In this document: one piece after another, positions 9,390 to 23,261 of the stretch
Position numbering within the stretch: the stretch's first letter is position 1
How the letters are laid out: the number at the start of each line of letters is the position of its first letter
Source of the DNA: Elainellaceae cyanobacterium
GTDB lineage: Bacteria > Cyanobacteriota > Cyanobacteriia > CAKZMO01
DNA length: 64,000 bases
Assembly (NCBI GenBank): GCA_049647405.1
Contig: JBARXP010000099.1
Span: 669-64,668, forward strand
Reading direction: 5' to 3'
Made by a program: the position numbers and the translations under genes
Notes under the pieces: generated by a model
What the model was told of the DNA's origin: nothing
Seen by the model: only the letters and a program-made list of their open reading frames with translations
The model's database searches: none

Positions 9390-12300
9390 CTAGGCGCTGT
9401 CGTCATCCTTGGAGTCTAGATTAAGGTCACTGATATCGCTCCCATCATCAAGGATTGAGGCATTGAGATTGTCACTTCCGTTAGGACGCTGACCATAGCC
9501 AGTAAAGCTCGATGAACCGCCGACCAACTCAGTGTCATCATCACTCACATGACGCTTAGCAATCTCAGATGGAGGGAAAACATCCATGCCCGCTTCCAGT
9601 TCGTACGTACGAGCAGTCTGATCGTCTAGCACAACGTCTTTGATATCGAAGTCACCTTCGATAACAGCATTGTCGAAGCCAGCATCAGAGCTATTTGGCG
9701 ACATCTCCTCATAGGCGTTGAACCCTGTACCAGCAGGAATCAAGCGACCAATGATAACGTTCTCTTTCAAGCCTCTCAACCAGTCAGACTTCCCTTCGAT
9801 AGCAGCTTCCGTTAAGACACGAGTCGTCTCCTGGAAACTTGCCGCCGAGATAAAGCTGTCTGTGTTTAGAGATGCTTTAGTGATTCCGAGCAGCACAGGA
9901 GTGTATTCAGCGGGCGCGCCTCCCGTAATCGACATGGCTTCATTACCTTGCTCAACCTGGTATAGCTCTACGAGTTCTCCAGGCAGCATGGTGGTGTCAC
10001 CTCCATCGTCAATGCGCACTTTCGAAGTCATTTGTCGCACAATCACTTCAATATGCTTGTCTGAAATATCAATTCCCTGAGACTGATATACAGACTGGAC
10101 TTCGTCTACTAAGAAGGTTTGAACCTCTCGCAGACTAATCAAAGCCGCTTCATTAAATCCCTTAGTTTCCCGATTCAGCAAGAAGAAGATTTCAAGAATT
10201 TCGTGGGGATTAGCGGGGCCATCGGTTAGAGCTTCTGCCGCTTGCACCGTTTGCCCATCAGATACGATGACGTTTTGGCCTAAGCCGATAGGATATTCGA
10301 TGACCGCTCCATCGTCTTCGACGACTTTGACTTCTACTGTCTCGTCATCGCTATAGACAACCTGTGCTGTTCCAGGACGAGCTGAAAGGATACAGGCTTC
10401 TTTGGGTTTCCGAGCTTCCAACAATTCTTCAATTCTCGGCAGACCCTGAATAATATCGCCTGTCTTTGCCCTCTCAAAAACGAGTAGTACCAGGTTGTCA
10501 CCCCGCTGCACCAGATCACCATCATCAATGTGTAGCACTGCACCCGAAGAAACTCGATAAGGACGAGCAATGCGAAGTTTTACGGTATCACCCGTAACCT
10601 CTACAACCTGCCCAGATTCTTCAAGGACAGCTCCAGGAACGACTTCAGAACCGGAAACTAGCAGATCTCCAACTTCAACAGCAGGGGTTTGACCTTGAGT
10701 ATCCACAGAAACCTGATCGACTTCACGCACAATCAGAACTCGGCGAATCGCTTCAATGCCTTCTAAAATGCCCTGAACTTCGCCAGCTTCTTTGCACTGA
10801 ATTTCTGTGCGAGCAACCACAGCGCCAGGAGAAATCTGATCGCCTTCTTTAACCAGAATTCGAGTTTGAGTGCTGCCTTGGGTCTGATCGGCAACAACAT
10901 CACGACGAATCACCAGCGTTTCCAGAATCACCATTTGGAGACGAAGAACTTCAGGGTCACTATCGTCTTCAACCAACTCAATATCAGCTGCTAAGTGCGG
11001 AGACTCTTCATCAATCTCTAAGATCAATTGAGTTCTCAATAACTCAAGTCCATTAGCCGACTTAACCCTCTCACCATCTTTATAGGGAACACGCTGGATG
11101 GCTCGAAGTCGGATTGCACGATTTTCTTCGTCGCTGACAGAGTCCTGACTCGGGACGGAAGGAGTATCAGGGACTGTGAACTCAGTGACCGGACGCAGGA
11201 GTAGAGCAGGGCCTTCCGGCGAATCGATATATTCTACGTATCGCAAGTCAGAAGCAACGATACCTTCCGTCACCTCTTCGCCAGCATTAACAATGCTGCC
11301 ATCCTTTGACATCACCTCTTCCGGATTATCAGCCATATGAAGCTCTCCGGGCTTGATCACGATTTCCCGCAAGATGTCATTTTTCTGGGTGACTTCGACA
11401 ACGCCACTGCTCTGGCAATAGATATCTTTAACAACCTCAGTGCCGGCTTCAACATACTGTCCATCTTCGACCAAGAGCAAAGACAAGTCTTTGTTGACTT
11501 CGTGGGCCTCTTCTGGAATCCAGAGAAGAGTGCCTCCTTTAGTAACTTCATAGCCTTGCTTAGCCTTGCCACGCTTTGCCACTTCTACGCCAGAATATTT
11601 GATAATTCCACCCGTTTGCGTGTGGTAGCGATCGTCTATCAGCTCAGCAACAACCTGATTATTGACGACTTTTGCACCTGGAGTAGCAATGAGCGAAAAG
11701 CGCTGACTATTTTGTGTTTCGATCAGGTATTGCTCACGCCCTTGAGCACTTTCAACAAGAACACTAGCTTGATTCAGCAAGACTGATGCGGTTACGATTT
11801 CGACCTCTCGACTACCTTTCCCTTCGGTGTCTTGAGGAATACGAACTAGGCCGCCATTCTCACTGATCAGCCGCGTTTCGGCTAAGATGCTGCCTTTTTC
11901 TACGCGATCGCCATTTTTGACGACGGGTTCAGCACCTGGCAAGAGGTTGTACACTTCCCCAGATAAAATCCAGATCAGTCCACCACGCTGTGCGCTGCGA
12001 GTCGTATTACCCTGGCGGTCAGTTTTTTCTTCTGCAACCAAATCTGCAAATCGAACGGCACCCGCTAAGTCAGTGGCGACATCCTTAGTAGCTCGCTCAG
12101 TGATCTTACGAGCACGGCTCATCGCCTGCATTTCAGAAAGAATCTGCCCAGACGTAACGGTAGCTCCATCACGAACAAATAAGATAGAACCCTGAGCGAC
12201 ATTAAACTGCTTTTTCTTTGAAGACGAAGAAGCCTCAACCGTTACTTGAATATTTCCCTCAGCAATCAGCGCATCTTCACCGTGGCGAGTTCGGAACGAA

Positions 12301-13442
12301 CGAACCCGGCCCTGGTTGCCTGCCGGAAACCGCACTGTTCCATCAAAAGGAGAGCGAAACTGTTGAGCAATCTCTCCAGTGAAAACTCCGCCCGTGTGGA
12401 ATGTCCGCATTGTGAGCTGCGTTCCGGGTTCTCCAATAGATTGAGCAGCAATAATACCGACTGCTTCACCCAGGTCAACAACGCTGGCATGAGCCAAGCT
12501 CCAGCCATAACATTTCTGACAAACACTTCGGTTTGCCTCGCACGTCAGGGGCGATCGCACAATAACTGCGCCCACACCAGAGTCTTGAATTGTTTCTGCA
12601 AGTTCTTCTGATATGTCTTGGTTACGAGCAGCAACGACCTCTTTAGTTTTAGGATGGATCGCATCCCTTGCAAGAACTCGACCCAGCAGACGGTCTTGCA
12701 AAGGAATCAAGACTTTTTCTCCATCCGTCATACTGCTCAGATGAATGCCCCGCTCAGTATTACAGTCAAACTCGCGGATAATAACATCTTGAGATACGTC
12801 AACCAAACGACGAGTCAAATATCCTGAGTCAGCGGTTCGCAGAGCTGTGTCAACCAGCCCCTTTCGCGCTCCATAAGATGAGATGATGTACTCAGTAACG
12901 GTTAAGCCTTCTCGGAAATTTGTCTTAATAGGGAGAGCGATAATCTTACCCTGAGGGTCGGCCATCAGCCCCCTCATTCCAACGAGCTGACGAACCTGAG
13001 AAATATTACCTCGCGCCCCTGAAAACGCCATCATGTAGACCGAATTCAGAGTACTCGTCGCTTCAAAGTTACGAATCACCTCATCCTTCAACTCTTCACT
13101 CGTGCTATTCCAAGTATCAATAACTTTCTGGAATCGCTCGACCTCTGTAATTTCGCCTCGTGTGTAGCGACTCTCAGTATCTCGAGTTAGCTCTTCAGCA
13201 GCATCAAGCAGCTGCCTCTTACTCGGCGGCACTTCTAAGTCATCGACACTGATAGAAACCCCTGCACGAGTAGCATATCGAAAGCCCATGTCTTTCAACA
13301 TATCTGCCATTTGTGCAGTGCGGGCTGTTCCATAATGAATGAACGCCCAAGCCACTAGTTTGCGAAGCTGCTTCTTATCCGTAACTCGATTACGAAAGAT
13401 AAAAGGCTGTTCAGTCTTCTGGTTTGCGAGTTGATCTGACAT
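9390..13442 (-). CDS. rpoC2: DNA-directed RNA polymerase subunit beta' (C-terminal part of split beta', cyanobacterial RpoC2)
   Basis: 1350 aa, homologous to the C-terminal two thirds of bacterial beta'. It lies downstream of rpoC1 on the same strand, which matches the cyanobacterial split rpoC1/rpoC2 arrangement. Confidence 0.95.
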   Translation of the reverse strand: MSDQLANQKTEQPFIFRNRVTDKKQLRKLVAWAFIHYGTARTAQMADMLKDMGFRYATRAGVSISVDDLEVPPSKRQLLDAAEELTRDTESRYTRGEITEVERFQKVIDTWNSTSEELKDEVIRNFEATSTLNSVYMMAFSGARGNISQVRQLVGMRGLMADPQGKIIALPIKTNFREGLTVTEYIISSYGARKGLVDTALRTADSGYLTRRLVDVSQDVIIREFDCNTERGIHLSSMTDGEKVLIPLQDRLLGRVLARDAIHPKTKEVVAARNQDISEELAETIQDSGVGAVIVRSPLTCEANRSVCQKCYGWSLAHASVVDLGEAVGIIAAQSIGEPGTQLTMRTFHTGGVFTGEIAQQFRSPFDGTVRFPAGNQGRVRSFRTRHGEDALIAEGNIQVTVEASSSSKKKQFNVAQGSILFVRDGATVTSGQILSEMQAMSRARKITERATKDVATDLAGAVRFADLVAEEKTDRQGNTTRSAQRGGLIWILSGEVYNLLPGAEPVVKNGDRVEKGSILAETRLISENGGLVRIPQDTEGKGSREVEIVTASVLLNQASVLVESAQGREQYLIETQNSQRFSLIATPGAKVVNNQVVAELIDDRYHTQTGGIIKYSGVEVAKRGKAKQGYEVTKGGTLLWIPEEAHEVNKDLSLLLVEDGQYVEAGTEVVKDIYCQSSGVVEVTQKNDILREIVIKPGELHMADNPEEVMSKDGSIVNAGEEVTEGIVASDLRYVEYIDSPEGPALLLRPVTEFTVPDTPSVPSQDSVSDEENRAIRLRAIQRVPYKDGERVKSANGLELLRTQLILEIDEESPHLAADIELVEDDSDPEVLRLQMVILETLVIRRDVVADQTQGSTQTRILVKEGDQISPGAVVARTEIQCKEAGEVQGILEGIEAIRRVLIVREVDQVSVDTQGQTPAVEVGDLLVSGSEVVPGAVLEESGQVVEVTGDTVKLRIARPYRVSSGAVLHIDDGDLVQRGDNLVLLVFERAKTGDIIQGLPRIEELLEARKPKEACILSARPGTAQVVYSDDETVEVKVVEDDGAVIEYPIGLGQNVIVSDGQTVQAAEALTDGPANPHEILEIFFLLNRETKGFNEAALISLREVQTFLVDEVQSVYQSQGIDISDKHIEVIVRQMTSKVRIDDGGDTTMLPGELVELYQVEQGNEAMSITGGAPAEYTPVLLGITKASLNTDSFISAASFQETTRVLTEAAIEGKSDWLRGLKENVIIGRLIPAGTGFNAYEEMSPNSSDAGFDNAVIEGDFDIKDVVLDDQTARTYELEAGMDVFPPSEIAKRHVSDDDTELVGGSSSFTGYGQRPNGSDNLNASILDDGSDISDLNLDSKDDDSA

Positions 13443-13555
13443 AATTTTGTTGTCTGCCCCTACCGATTGCGTCTGCGTGCGATAAATATAGTAAATTCGT
13501 ACCTAACAGTTCAGAGACAGAGTCTTAAAACCTAAACTGTAGCGAACTAACTGAC

Positions 13556-15427
13556 CTAGCTAATCAAGGCATCAAAGATGGTCTTGTTGTAAATAATTCG
13601 TCCAGGTGTTGTGCGAACATACTGCGAAATTATGTTGCCTTCTGCATCTTCACGGGTACGTCGAAACTTATAAACCTTAGTCACAATGCCATTCTCACTA
13701 TTCTCTTCGATAGGGGTACTGTCATCTACGTCAGTCTCTACCATGCCGTCAAACCGTACCCACACAAAAGCATGGAGATCAATCGCCCCTTGCTCATACG
13801 CGATAATGGCATCATCCATACCAGAGAAATAGTGCCCTTCACCGCGCTTTGCATTGGGGTTCTCAACAGTGAGGTAGTAGCACCCTAAAACCATATCCTG
13901 GCTCGGAGTGATAATAGGTCGCCCTGTTGCTGGAGAGAGAATATTGTTAGAGGCAAGCATCAGCAGGCGAGCTTCTGCCTGGGCTTCTAACGATAGCGGC
14001 ACATGAACCGCCATCTGGTCACCATCAAAGTCTGCGTTAAACGCTGGGCAAACAAGAGGATGAATCTGAATCGCTCGTCCTTCAACCAAAATAGGCTCGA
14101 AAGCCTGAATACCAAGACGGTGAAGTGTCGGAGCACGATTGAGCATGACTGGATGTCCGTCAATCACTTCTTCCAAAACATCCCAGATACTCGGGTCATT
14201 CCGCTGAATCAACTTCTTCGCGGCTTTGATATTGTTGACCAAGCCCTGACGAATCAAGCGATGAATGACAAAAGGCTGAAACAACTCAATCGCCATTTCC
14301 CGAGGTAGCCCACACTGATGGATTTTCAGCTTAGGGCCAACGACGATGACAGAACGACCCGAATAATCAACGCGCTTACCTAGCAGGTTTTGACGGAAGC
14401 GCCCCTGCTTTCCTTCAATAATGTCCGACAAAGATTTGAGCGGGCGATTATTCGCGCCAACAACCGTGCGCCCTCTACGACCATTATCAATCAGCGCATC
14501 TACTGCTTCTTGCAGCATCCGCTTTTCATTTCTGACAATGATCTCAGGAGCAAGAATTTCCTGAAGTCTTGCCAAACGATTATTTCGGTTGATGACCCGA
14601 CGATACAGATCGTTCAAGTCCGAAGTCGCAAAGCGCCCGCCATCGAGCTGAACCATGGGTCGCAAGTCAGGAGGGATCACCGGGATATAGCTCAGCACCA
14701 TCCAATCTGGGCGAGACTGCGTGGCGATAAAATTATCGATTACCCTCAAACGCTTGATCAGCTTTGCGCGCTTTTGCCCTTTGGCAACAGCAATTTCTTC
14801 CCGCAAAGTCTCAGCGGTTTCCTCAAGATTTAAATCTTCCAGGAGTCGCTGAATGGCCTCTGCACCAATACCGACCTCAACACCCGTCAGCTTAGAGTCT
14901 TCGCTGTAGAGCTGATCCTCGATCTCAATCCACTGATCTTCTGTCAGTAACTGCTTATAGCTCAGGTTATCGGCGTTACCCTGATCCAAAACAACGTAAG
15001 CATTGAAATAAACAATCTGCTCAACGTCTCGCAGTGGCACATCCAAAAGGATTGCCATATAGCTAGGAATTCCTTTCAGATACCATACATGGGTAACAGG
15101 AGCAGCTAGTTTGATGTATCCCATGCGGTGACGCCGCACACGAGATTCAGTGACTTCAACTCCACAGCGCTCACAGACAATACCTCTATGACGGACACGC
15201 TTATACTTACCGCAGTGGCATTCCCAGTCTTTTGCTGGCCCAAAAATTCGCTCACAAAACAAGCCATCCATTTCAGGCTTAAGAGTTCTGTAGTTAATCG
15301 TCTCAGGCTTAGTAACTTCTCCCACTACCATGCCATTTGGCAAGGTTCTCTCACCCCACTGACGCATCCGATCAGGAGACGCCAACCCAATTTTGACGTA
15401 GTCGAACCGTTGTTCTAGCTTTGGCAT
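13556..15427 (-). CDS. rpoC1: DNA-directed RNA polymerase subunit gamma (N-terminal part of beta')
   Basis: 623 aa. Contains the Zn-binding CHCGKY...CERCGVEV motif and the catalytic [12 protein letters not shown] motif of the beta' N-terminal region. Confidence 0.95.
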   Translation of the reverse strand: MPKLEQRFDYVKIGLASPDRMRQWGERTLPNGMVVGEVTKPETINYRTLKPEMDGLFCERIFGPAKDWECHCGKYKRVRHRGIVCERCGVEVTESRVRRHRMGYIKLAAPVTHVWYLKGIPSYMAILLDVPLRDVEQIVYFNAYVVLDQGNADNLSYKQLLTEDQWIEIEDQLYSEDSKLTGVEVGIGAEAIQRLLEDLNLEETAETLREEIAVAKGQKRAKLIKRLRVIDNFIATQSRPDWMVLSYIPVIPPDLRPMVQLDGGRFATSDLNDLYRRVINRNNRLARLQEILAPEIIVRNEKRMLQEAVDALIDNGRRGRTVVGANNRPLKSLSDIIEGKQGRFRQNLLGKRVDYSGRSVIVVGPKLKIHQCGLPREMAIELFQPFVIHRLIRQGLVNNIKAAKKLIQRNDPSIWDVLEEVIDGHPVMLNRAPTLHRLGIQAFEPILVEGRAIQIHPLVCPAFNADFDGDQMAVHVPLSLEAQAEARLLMLASNNILSPATGRPIITPSQDMVLGCYYLTVENPNAKRGEGHYFSGMDDAIIAYEQGAIDLHAFVWVRFDGMVETDVDDSTPIEENSENGIVTKVYKFRRTREDAEGNIISQYVRTTPGRIIYNKTIFDALIS

Positions 15428-15562
15428 TGCGAATTGTTCCTATTATGTGATGCTCAGTCGCGAAAGGCTTGAGGTCTGATTAGTTTCGTCAATCAGAACA
15501 TTAGCCCAAAGCACCTAACCCGAAAATGTATGGGGTCAAGTGCTTCGGCTTAGGTGGCTTGG

Positions 15563-18500
15563 TTATTCTTCAACCTCTTCCATCTCTTCACGAGATAGAG
15601 ATTCATAGGTTGGGCGAGAGGGGGTTCGTCGCGCGCTGACGTCAGCCATAAGGTCAACTTCTACATCACGACTAGAACCGTCCTCATTGGTCTCAAGCTT
15701 ATGAGCCACAATATCTAAGCAAAGAGACTGTAACTCACGCATCAAGACCTTGAAAGACTCAGGAGTTCCAGGACGTGGAATAGGCTTGCCTTTAACGATG
15801 GCATTAAGGGCTTCGTTCCGCCCTTGCATATCGTCTGACTTCACGGTCAACAGCTCTTGCAGAGTATATGCAGCTCCAAAGGCTTCTAGAGCCCATACTT
15901 CCATCTCCCCGAATCTTTGGCCACCTTGCTGAGCCTTGCCACCCAGAGGTTGTTGGGTAACCAAGGAGTAAGGACCTGTAGAGCGAGCATGAATCTTATC
16001 GTCTACAAGGTGAACTAACTTCAGCATGTAAGCTTTTCCGATCGTGACTGGCCGATCAAACGCCTCTCCTGTACGCCCATCGTAGACTTGGATCTTTCCA
16101 GGATTGTCAGGATTGAAAACCCAGTCTTGACCGGACTCTTCTCTGGCTTGATTGAGCTTGCCATGGGTAGAAAGGCGTGACGCCTCTTCCCCATGCATTT
16201 CATCAAAGGGCGTAATCTTAAAACGGACATCTAGAATCTGCCCAGCCCAACCCAGCAAACACTCAAACACCTGACCCACATTCATTCGAGACGGCACGCC
16301 CAAAGGATTCAGAACGATGTCCATAGGAGTACCATCTGGCAAATACGGCATGTCTTCTATAGGCAAAATTCGGGAAATAATGCCTTTATTGCCATGACGG
16401 CCTGCCATTTTATCGCCCACCTGGATTTTGCGTTTCTGGGCAACGTAAACGCGAACGACCATATTTGCACCCGGAGGCAGCTCATCTCCTTGTTCACGGG
16501 TAAAGACTCGAACATCAACGACACGACCTTTCTCCCCGTTAGGTACACGCAGAGAATTGTCACGAACGTCTCGGGCTTTTTCGCCAAAAATAGCGCGAAG
16601 CAACTTTTCTTCAGGCGGCTGATCAGACTCGCCTTTGGGAGTAACTTTACCCACAAGAATGTCACCAGCGTCAACCCAGGCTCCAATCCGAATAATGCCA
16701 CCCTCGTCAAGTTGCCTTAGAGCATCTTCACCAACGTTTGGAATCTCACGGGTGATCTCTTCAGGCCCTAACTTCGTCTGGCGCGCTTCAATTTCATATT
16801 TTTCAATGTGAATTGAAGTGTAGACATCATCGAAAACAAGGCGCTCACTAATCAGGATTGCATCTTCGTAGTTGTAGCCTTCCCAAGGCATATACGTAAC
16901 CAGGACATTCTGCCCTAGAGCAATTTCACCACCTTCAGCGGCTGAACCGTCAGCAATGACCTGGCCTGCAACGATGCGATCGCCATGAAACACAATGGGA
17001 CGCTGGTTGAGACAAGTGTCTTGATTAGAGCGTTGATACTTCTGGAGTACATATTCATGAGTTTTTCCCTCCTCATCTTGAATACATACTCGATTGGCAT
17101 CTACGTAGCTAACCTGACCTGCAACTCTGCTCACAAGAACCATTCCCGAGTCACGAGCAGCCTGAGCTTCTAGACCTGTTCCCACCAAAGGCCGCTCTGG
17201 TCTTAACAGAGGAACCGCTTGTCGCTGCATGTTAGAGCCCATGAGCGCCCGGTTAGCATCATCGTGCTCCAGAAAGGGAATCAGAGACGTTGCGACAGAG
17301 ATGATTTGGACAGGAGAGACAGCTACATAGTCAACCTCAGTTGGAGATGTCGTTGTAAAGTCTTGTCGATATCGGACAGGAACCGTCTCACCCAGGATGT
17401 ACCCATTTTCATCAGTCGGCACATCACCAGGAGCGACCCTCAGATCATCTTCCTCGTCAGCCGTCATGTAAGTCGGCATCTCTTCTCGAAGAACGCGACC
17501 GTTCTCAACTCGGCAGTAGGGTGTCTCAATAAACCCATATGAGTTGACGCGAGCATGGGTTGCTAGCGAACCGATCAATCCAGCGTTGGGCCCTTCAGGT
17601 GTCTCGATCGGGCAGATTCGACCATAGTGAGACGGGTGAATATCTCGAACCGCAAAACCAGCTCTCTCCCGAGTCAATCCTCCAGGGCCCAAAGCACTTA
17701 GACGACGCTTATGGGTTAACTCCGCCAGCGGATTAGTCTGATCCATAAACTGCGAGAGCTGCGAAGAGCCAAAGAACTCTTTAATCGCTGCCACCAACGG
17801 CTTGGGATTCACGAGAGATGCAGGCGTCAAAGAATCTGCATCAGAGACGGTCATTCGTTCTCGAATAATTCGCTCTAGGCGATTGAGACCGACTCGCACT
17901 TGGTTTTGAAGCAGCTCACCGACAGAACGAACGCGACGATTTCCAAGGTGATCGATATCGTCTACCGAGCCAATATCAAATTCGAGGTTGATGAGATAAT
18001 CTATAGACGTCAAGATATCTTGAGACGTCAAGACTCGAAGAGTTTCGGGTACATTGAGTCGGAGTTTGCGGTTGAGCTTATAGCGACCCACACGCCCCAA
18101 ATCGTAGCGCTTAGAGTCAAAGAACCTAGAATCTAAAAGCTGCTGTCCACCAGATACGGTAGGAGGCTCACCCGGACGCAGTTTTCGATAAAGCTCCATC
18201 AGAGCCTCTTCTTCAGAAAACTGGCCTTCTTTCTCAATCGTCTTCTGAAAATACTCAGGATGCCTGAGCGCATCAAAAATCTCTGCATCGGATAAACCCA
18301 ACGCTTTGAGGAGAACCTGAGCCGAGAGCTTTCGAGTCTTATCAATCCGGACCCAGACTAAATCGTTTTTGTCGGTCTCAAATTTTAACCACGCGCCTCG
18401 GTTAGGAATCAGACTAGCGTTGTATGTTCGCCGACCGTTCTTATCAGTCTCTGACTTGAAATAAACCCCTGGGCTTCGAACAATCTGATTAACGATAACC

Positions 18501-18862
18501 CGTTCTGCACCATTGATAATGAAAGTTCCGCGATCGGTCATCAGAGGCAGATCGCCAATAAAAACCTCTTGCTCTTTGATCTCTCCCGTTTCTTTATTGA
18601 TTAGACGAGTCGGGACATACATTTGAACTGCATATGTACTGTCTCTTCGCTTTGCCTCGTCAACATCGTACTTGGGTTGCTTGAGCTTGTAGTGTTTGCC
18701 CAAAAAATGCAATTCAAGTTTGCCCGTGTAGTCAGTAATCGGGGAAAAGCTATCAAGCTCTTCGATTAAACCTTCTTCCAGAAACCAGCGAAAACTCGCT
18801 CTTTGGATTTCAACTAAGTCAGGCAGTGTAAACTCAGGGGAGGTTTGAGTCAGATTAGTCAT
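15563..18862 (-). CDS. rpoB: DNA-directed RNA polymerase subunit beta
   Basis: Clear RpoB homology along about 1100 aa. I chose the start at the internal MTNLTQ ATG (18860-18862); the longer ORF to 18898 adds 12 unconserved residues. Confidence 0.95.
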   Translation of the reverse strand: MTNLTQTSPEFTLPDLVEIQRASFRWFLEEGLIEELDSFSPITDYTGKLELHFLGKHYKLKQPKYDVDEAKRRDSTYAVQMYVPTRLINKETGEIKEQEVFIGDLPLMTDRGTFIINGAERVIVNQIVRSPGVYFKSETDKNGRRTYNASLIPNRGAWLKFETDKNDLVWVRIDKTRKLSAQVLLKALGLSDAEIFDALRHPEYFQKTIEKEGQFSEEEALMELYRKLRPGEPPTVSGGQQLLDSRFFDSKRYDLGRVGRYKLNRKLRLNVPETLRVLTSQDILTSIDYLINLEFDIGSVDDIDHLGNRRVRSVGELLQNQVRVGLNRLERIIRERMTVSDADSLTPASLVNPKPLVAAIKEFFGSSQLSQFMDQTNPLAELTHKRRLSALGPGGLTRERAGFAVRDIHPSHYGRICPIETPEGPNAGLIGSLATHARVNSYGFIETPYCRVENGRVLREEMPTYMTADEEDDLRVAPGDVPTDENGYILGETVPVRYRQDFTTTSPTEVDYVAVSPVQIISVATSLIPFLEHDDANRALMGSNMQRQAVPLLRPERPLVGTGLEAQAARDSGMVLVSRVAGQVSYVDANRVCIQDEEGKTHEYVLQKYQRSNQDTCLNQRPIVFHGDRIVAGQVIADGSAAEGGEIALGQNVLVTYMPWEGYNYEDAILISERLVFDDVYTSIHIEKYEIEARQTKLGPEEITREIPNVGEDALRQLDEGGIIRIGAWVDAGDILVGKVTPKGESDQPPEEKLLRAIFGEKARDVRDNSLRVPNGEKGRVVDVRVFTREQGDELPPGANMVVRVYVAQKRKIQVGDKMAGRHGNKGIISRILPIEDMPYLPDGTPMDIVLNPLGVPSRMNVGQVFECLLGWAGQILDVRFKITPFDEMHGEEASRLSTHGKLNQAREESGQDWVFNPDNPGKIQVYDGRTGEAFDRPVTIGKAYMLKLVHLVDDKIHARSTGPYSLVTQQPLGGKAQQGGQRFGEMEVWALEAFGAAYTLQELLTVKSDDMQGRNEALNAIVKGKPIPRPGTPESFKVLMRELQSLCLDIVAHKLETNEDGSSRDVEVDLMADVSARRTPSRPTYESLSREEMEEVEE

Positions 18863-19257
18863 GCGTCTCCTCAGATGGATCGCCTCTAGGCGTGCCAAAT
18901 ACTACGATACTACTTTTGATATGTCAACTAAAAGTCAAAAATCAGAAAAGATTAGCGTTCTATATCAATAACTTCAGTTTCAGCACAAAGTTAACTTCCT
19001 AAACCGTTGCAGAAAGGGAACTTTCGGCAAACATTACAAATTAATACACTTTGTTTATGAACGATTGATTTTGAAGCTACCTCTTTTGCTATGCGGCGGC
19101 GATCGCCTATAGGAGGGATATGAATATTTAAGCCAGATCATGCACAAGCGTTCTCTACTGGAAAAGGAATAAAGCTAGACCAGGCATTGGTCACCGAAGA
19201 CTTAGTTGGCTACATAGCACCTCATGTTTTGTGAACTCACTCAAGCACTTCACACAC

Positions 19258-20070
19258 CTAAGCCGTCTTAGAGGCTTCACCTACAAGAGGTTCCAAATCA
19301 AAAAGGCGTAATGCATTAGTTGAGGTTTGTGCTGCGATCGCCTCCACAGAGACATTCCGAAGCTCGGCAAGCCGTTCCGCTACGTGACGGACATAACTAG
19401 GCTGGTTTCGGCCTTTCCCTCTATGGGGGACAGGAGCCAAAAATGGGCAATCTGTTTCAATTAGCAGGCGCTCATCCGGAACGAGCCGAGCCGAGTCATG
19501 CACTTGCTTTGCGTTTTTGAAAGTCGCAATGCCACTGAAGCTAATATAAAACCCCAAGTCTAGAAACCATTGAGTCTCCTCCATAGTCCCACTCCAGCAA
19601 TGCATTACACCCTGGACTGAACCATAAGAATCGCAAAAATTCCGCAATAGCTGTGCAGCTTGTAAAGCCGCGTCTCTGCAATGAATAATCACAGGTAAGT
19701 TCAAATCTACAGCCACTCTTAATTGAGCGGTGAAAGCATCGAGCTGACTTTGGCAATTTTCCGCCTTGAAGAAGTCCAACCCTGTTTCGCCAATGGCAAC
19801 AACTCGCCGATCAGACTGAGCAAGCTGCCGAATTTGCTGCTCAACCTCAGGACACCACCGAGAGTCAACATCTAGAGGGTGAAGACCTACGGCAAAAGAT
19901 AACTCTGGGTATTGGTCGGCGATCGCCCGAATCGAATCAAACTCACCCGGCTCGACACAGGAGTGAACCAAACGAACTACTCCAGCATCGCGCCATTGCT
20001 GAGCAACTTGCTCTAGATCTGACTGAAATGTCGAGAAGTTTAAATGGACGTGGGTATCAATCAACTGCAT
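19258..20070 (-). CDS. tatD: TatD-family metal-dependent hydrolase/DNase
   Basis: [12 protein letters not shown]-terminal TatD motif plus conserved His/Glu/Asp further along. Start taken at the MQLIDTH ATG. Confidence 0.8.
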   Translation of the reverse strand: MQLIDTHVHLNFSTFQSDLEQVAQQWRDAGVVRLVHSCVEPGEFDSIRAIADQYPELSFAVGLHPLDVDSRWCPEVEQQIRQLAQSDRRVVAIGETGLDFFKAENCQSQLDAFTAQLRVAVDLNLPVIIHCRDAALQAAQLLRNFCDSYGSVQGVMHCWSGTMEETQWFLDLGFYISFSGIATFKNAKQVHDSARLVPDERLLIETDCPFLAPVPHRGKGRNQPSYVRHVAERLAELRNVSVEAIAAQTSTNALRLFDLEPLVGEASKTA

Positions 20071-20275
20071 AACAGTAATTTCAGCACCAACTTCTCTACG
20101 GCTAGAACTCTTGGAAGACATTGGATTGAGAAGCTAGAACATGCCTGGAAACTCTGAACGAGAAAGCAGCTAGTATGCAAGCCTTCTTCTTCATTCCTTT
20201 CAGCAACCCTGCCTTCAATATAGTCAAACTATTTTTTCCTTGTTAAGGAAATCTTCGTTAGGCAAGAAAATTAGA

Positions 20276-20581
20276 TCAAGCAGAAGCTTTCTCGGTGGCA
20301 GCAATCTGTTTGGAATAACGAGATAGCCTAGCTTTCTTCCGAGCACCGTTGTTCTTGTGAAAGACTCCACGCTGAACAGCTTTATCAATTTTGCTGTAAG
20401 CAACCGACATCCGTTCCCGAACTTCTTGTTGCGCCTCAGGGGTCGGATCAGCTACACATGCATCAACAGCTACGGTACAGCGCTTTATCAAAGTCCTAAC
20501 TGCGGACTTATAAGACTTATTCCGAAGGCGATTTCGCTCGGTAACTTGAACCCGCTTAATGGCTGATTTGATGTTAGGCAC
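20276..20581 (-). CDS. rpsT: 30S ribosomal protein S20
   Basis: The [33 protein letters not shown] sequence is the S20 signature. The probable start is the GTG at 20579-20581, giving about 101 aa. The longer ORF to 20605 also starts on GTG. Confidence 0.85.
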   Translation of the reverse strand: MPNIKSAIKRVQVTERNRLRNKSYKSAVRTLIKRCTVAVDACVADPTPEAQQEVRERMSVAYSKIDKAVQRGVFHKNNGARKKARLSRYSKQIAATEKASA

Positions 20582-20726
20582 GGCATCTTCCCAAAAACTT
20601 CCCACGAATTCACCACTATATCAAGTAAATTCAAAAAATGCAATTTACCCTCAGCAATTCCAGTAGTTCTCAGAATGAGAATTGCTGCAAAACCTGTACT
20701 ATTTTTTGGCGTTTGGAGATAATTGG

Positions 20727-20810
20727 TTTGAGATTGAGATTGAGATTGAGATTGAGATTGAGATTGAGATTGAGATTGAGATTGAGATTGAGATTGAGTT
20801 TGAGATCGAA
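20727..20810. repeat. hexanucleotide microsatellite (GATTGA)n, about 12 perfect units plus degenerate ends
   Basis: Directly visible as gagattgagattgag... from about 20727 to 20810. It generates spurious SQSQSQ and EIEIEI ORFs on both strands. Confidence 0.9.
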
Positions 20811-21315
20811 TTAAGCATGAAGATCTGTGGTGACGACTGCAAAACACACAGTTTTTGCTCCAACACGTTAATCTGTAGGAGCGTTAAGTCGATAGAATAG
20901 ATAAGAAGTTTCGGCGAGCTTGGCGAAGGGACTGATTCAATACTGCTCTGATGTAGTGTTCCCGATTAGTCGTAACCAGTGCGAATTTTAGTCAGGGTCA
21001 CGAGATCGACATGGAATCCACATAAACAAGCTTGTTGAGCAAGCAAAGGGGTTGTCTCAGGTACGCGGTTTAGTCTACATGCCCAGATACACTAGCTTCA
21101 TCAACTAATGCACAAGACCTGTGCTCACATTCTCCACTCGCGGGAGCCTTGCTCTAATGCTCCATGTAAATCTCGCCAAAACTTGTTGTGGGTATGAATT
21201 TCTTAAGCGTGAGCATGTGTAGTGAAAAACACTGCCATCTCTGGAACTTAATATTTTGAAACAGTGGCGACAGAAATGGATTTGGATCTGAGTTTGACTG
21301 ATGTTTTGAGTTGAA

Positions 21316-22644
21316 GTGGCGATGCTGCGAATAATTACTCAGCTAGCTGAGGCACGGGCTGAACTGCGTCGCATCTGCGGTCGCACAAACGACGAACATA
21401 TCGTTAACAAGGAAGCTACCGTTCGAGAGGTGCTTCAAGCAGTGAAGCGTCAGGGCGACCAAGCGCTCTTACACTACACTGAGGAGTTCGATCATCAACT
21501 TTTAAAGTCTGACGAATTGAGAGTCAGTGGTTCAGAATTGGATGCGGCCTATCAGCAAGTGTCTAAAGAGCTGCTAGAAGCGATTCAAGTGGCTTGCCGT
21601 AATGTCGAATCGTTTCATCGGCAACGCATTCCCAAGAACTGGGTACATTTTGGCGAAAATGACGTAGTTTTGGGCAAACGCTACACGCCTGTTGATCGTG
21701 CTGGGATTTATGTCCCTGGTGGTCGGGCTGCTTACCCTAGCACAGTCATCATGAATGCCATTCCAGCTCGTGTGGCTAAGGTGCCTCAAATTGTTATGGT
21801 TACGCCTCCCGGAGCTGAAAAATCTCTCAATCCGGCGGTTTTAGTTGCGGCTCAGGAAGCGGGTGTTCATGAAATTTACCGCGTTGGCGGTGCCCAGGCG
21901 ATCGCCGCTCTAGCTTATGGAACAGCCAGCATTCCAAACGTAGATGTGATTACAGGGCCAGGAAATATTTACGTCACCCTGGCGAAGAAAATGGTGTACG
22001 GCACGGTTGGCATCGATTCGCTAGCTGGGCCGTCTGAGGTTCTGATTATTGCAGATTCCAAAGCCAACCCTGTCCATGTTGCCGCTGATCTGCTGGCCCA
22101 GGCTGAGCATGATCCCATGGCGTCAGCAGTTTTGTTGACTCCCGACTCCGCTCTCGCTCGTCAGGTTGTAAGCGAAGTTAAAAATCAGCTGACCGATCAT
22201 CCGCGTAGCCTTGATACAGAAAAGGCGATCGCCAACTATGGATTAGTCGTTATTATCGATTCTCTAGAAACAGCAGTACAGCTCTCAAATGAGTTTGCCC
22301 CAGAACACTTAGAACTCGAAGTTGAAGAACCTTGGGAGTTGCTTGAGAATATTCGCCACGCCGGAGCTATTTTCCTGGGCTATTCAACGCCAGAGGCCGT
22401 CGGCGATTATCTAGCAGGGCCAAATCATACTCTCCCCACGTCTGGAGCCGCTCGTTATGCGTCACCCTTAGGGGTTGAGACCTTTATGAAGCACTCTAGC
22501 CTGATTCAATATTCCCCCACGGCTCTGAGGCAGGTGGCCGGAGCCGTTGATCTGTTGGCGACAGCAGAAGGTCTTCCCTCCCATGCCAATTCGGTGCGAT
22601 ATCGAGTGACGGACGAACCCGATCCGAGTGTTTCACAAGAGTAG
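21316..22644 (+). CDS. hisD: histidinol dehydrogenase
   Basis: 442 aa with HisD-family signatures (NAGQ-type NAD-binding region, Zn ligands, HTLPTSG motif). Confidence 0.9.
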   Translation: MAMLRIITQLAEARAELRRICGRTNDEHIVNKEATVREVLQAVKRQGDQALLHYTEEFDHQLLKSDELRVSGSELDAAYQQVSKELLEAIQVACRNVESFHRQRIPKNWVHFGENDVVLGKRYTPVDRAGIYVPGGRAAYPSTVIMNAIPARVAKVPQIVMVTPPGAEKSLNPAVLVAAQEAGVHEIYRVGGAQAIAALAYGTASIPNVDVITGPGNIYVTLAKKMVYGTVGIDSLAGPSEVLIIADSKANPVHVAADLLAQAEHDPMASAVLLTPDSALARQVVSEVKNQLTDHPRSLDTEKAIANYGLVVIIDSLETAVQLSNEFAPEHLELEVEEPWELLENIRHAGAIFLGYSTPEAVGDYLAGPNHTLPTSGAARYASPLGVETFMKHSSLIQYSPTALRQVAGAVDLLATAEGLPSHANSVRYRVTDEPDPSVSQE

Positions 22645-23261
22645 CCGTACGCCGAATCAGATTTCAGCCTGACGATTCATCACCCCTTAGACAAACAGGA
22701 GGAAGAGAATAAAAAACATCAACACTAGCGTATAGTCCAGACTTGAAACTGAGCCATGAAAGGTGTCAGCCCTTCGGCATCATGAAAAGTTAGTTTCTAA
22801 ACTTTATTTTCTAAACCCTGTTTTCTAAGCCTTGTTTTCTAAACCCTGTATAGATTGCACAGCAGGCAACACAGGATTTAAGAACTTTATATTGAACTGT
22901 GTCCACTTACTCAAGTGGGTATTAGCTCAAAGCTTACATTCCTGAGAAAAGCCATGATTGAGATGTGCAGTCAACCCAACGTTGTTGTGACTGACGTTGT
23001 AGTTCTAAGAAGGGTGCAATTCAGTTAAACCATTAAGCAGTCCGTTTTCATTTTCATGGGATGCCTGATGTTGATATGGCCTGTAAGTAGATGCGCGGCT
23101 AAACCCTAACGTCTGCTTCATGCGCGCAGTCGGCGGCATAGAGGCTAGGCAATAGTTTTTAAGAATGCCGAACTACGTATTTGTTTATGACACAACCAGA
23201 TGATGAGTAGGATGATGATGAGTAGGCTGCGGGTTTTGATGTCTTACATAACCAATGTCTT

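Noticed and set aside
9718-12827. Multiple 60-150 aa ORFs antisense to, or out of frame within, rpoC2, rpoC1 and rpoB
   Set aside because: They are shadow ORFs inside long, highly conserved genes. They show no homology signal and a biased composition typical of antisense frames.
20488-20900. ORFs translating to (SQ)n and (EI)n low-complexity proteins
   Set aside because: They are artefacts of reading the (GATTGA)n microsatellite in two frames and strands. They have no start context and are not plausible coding genes.
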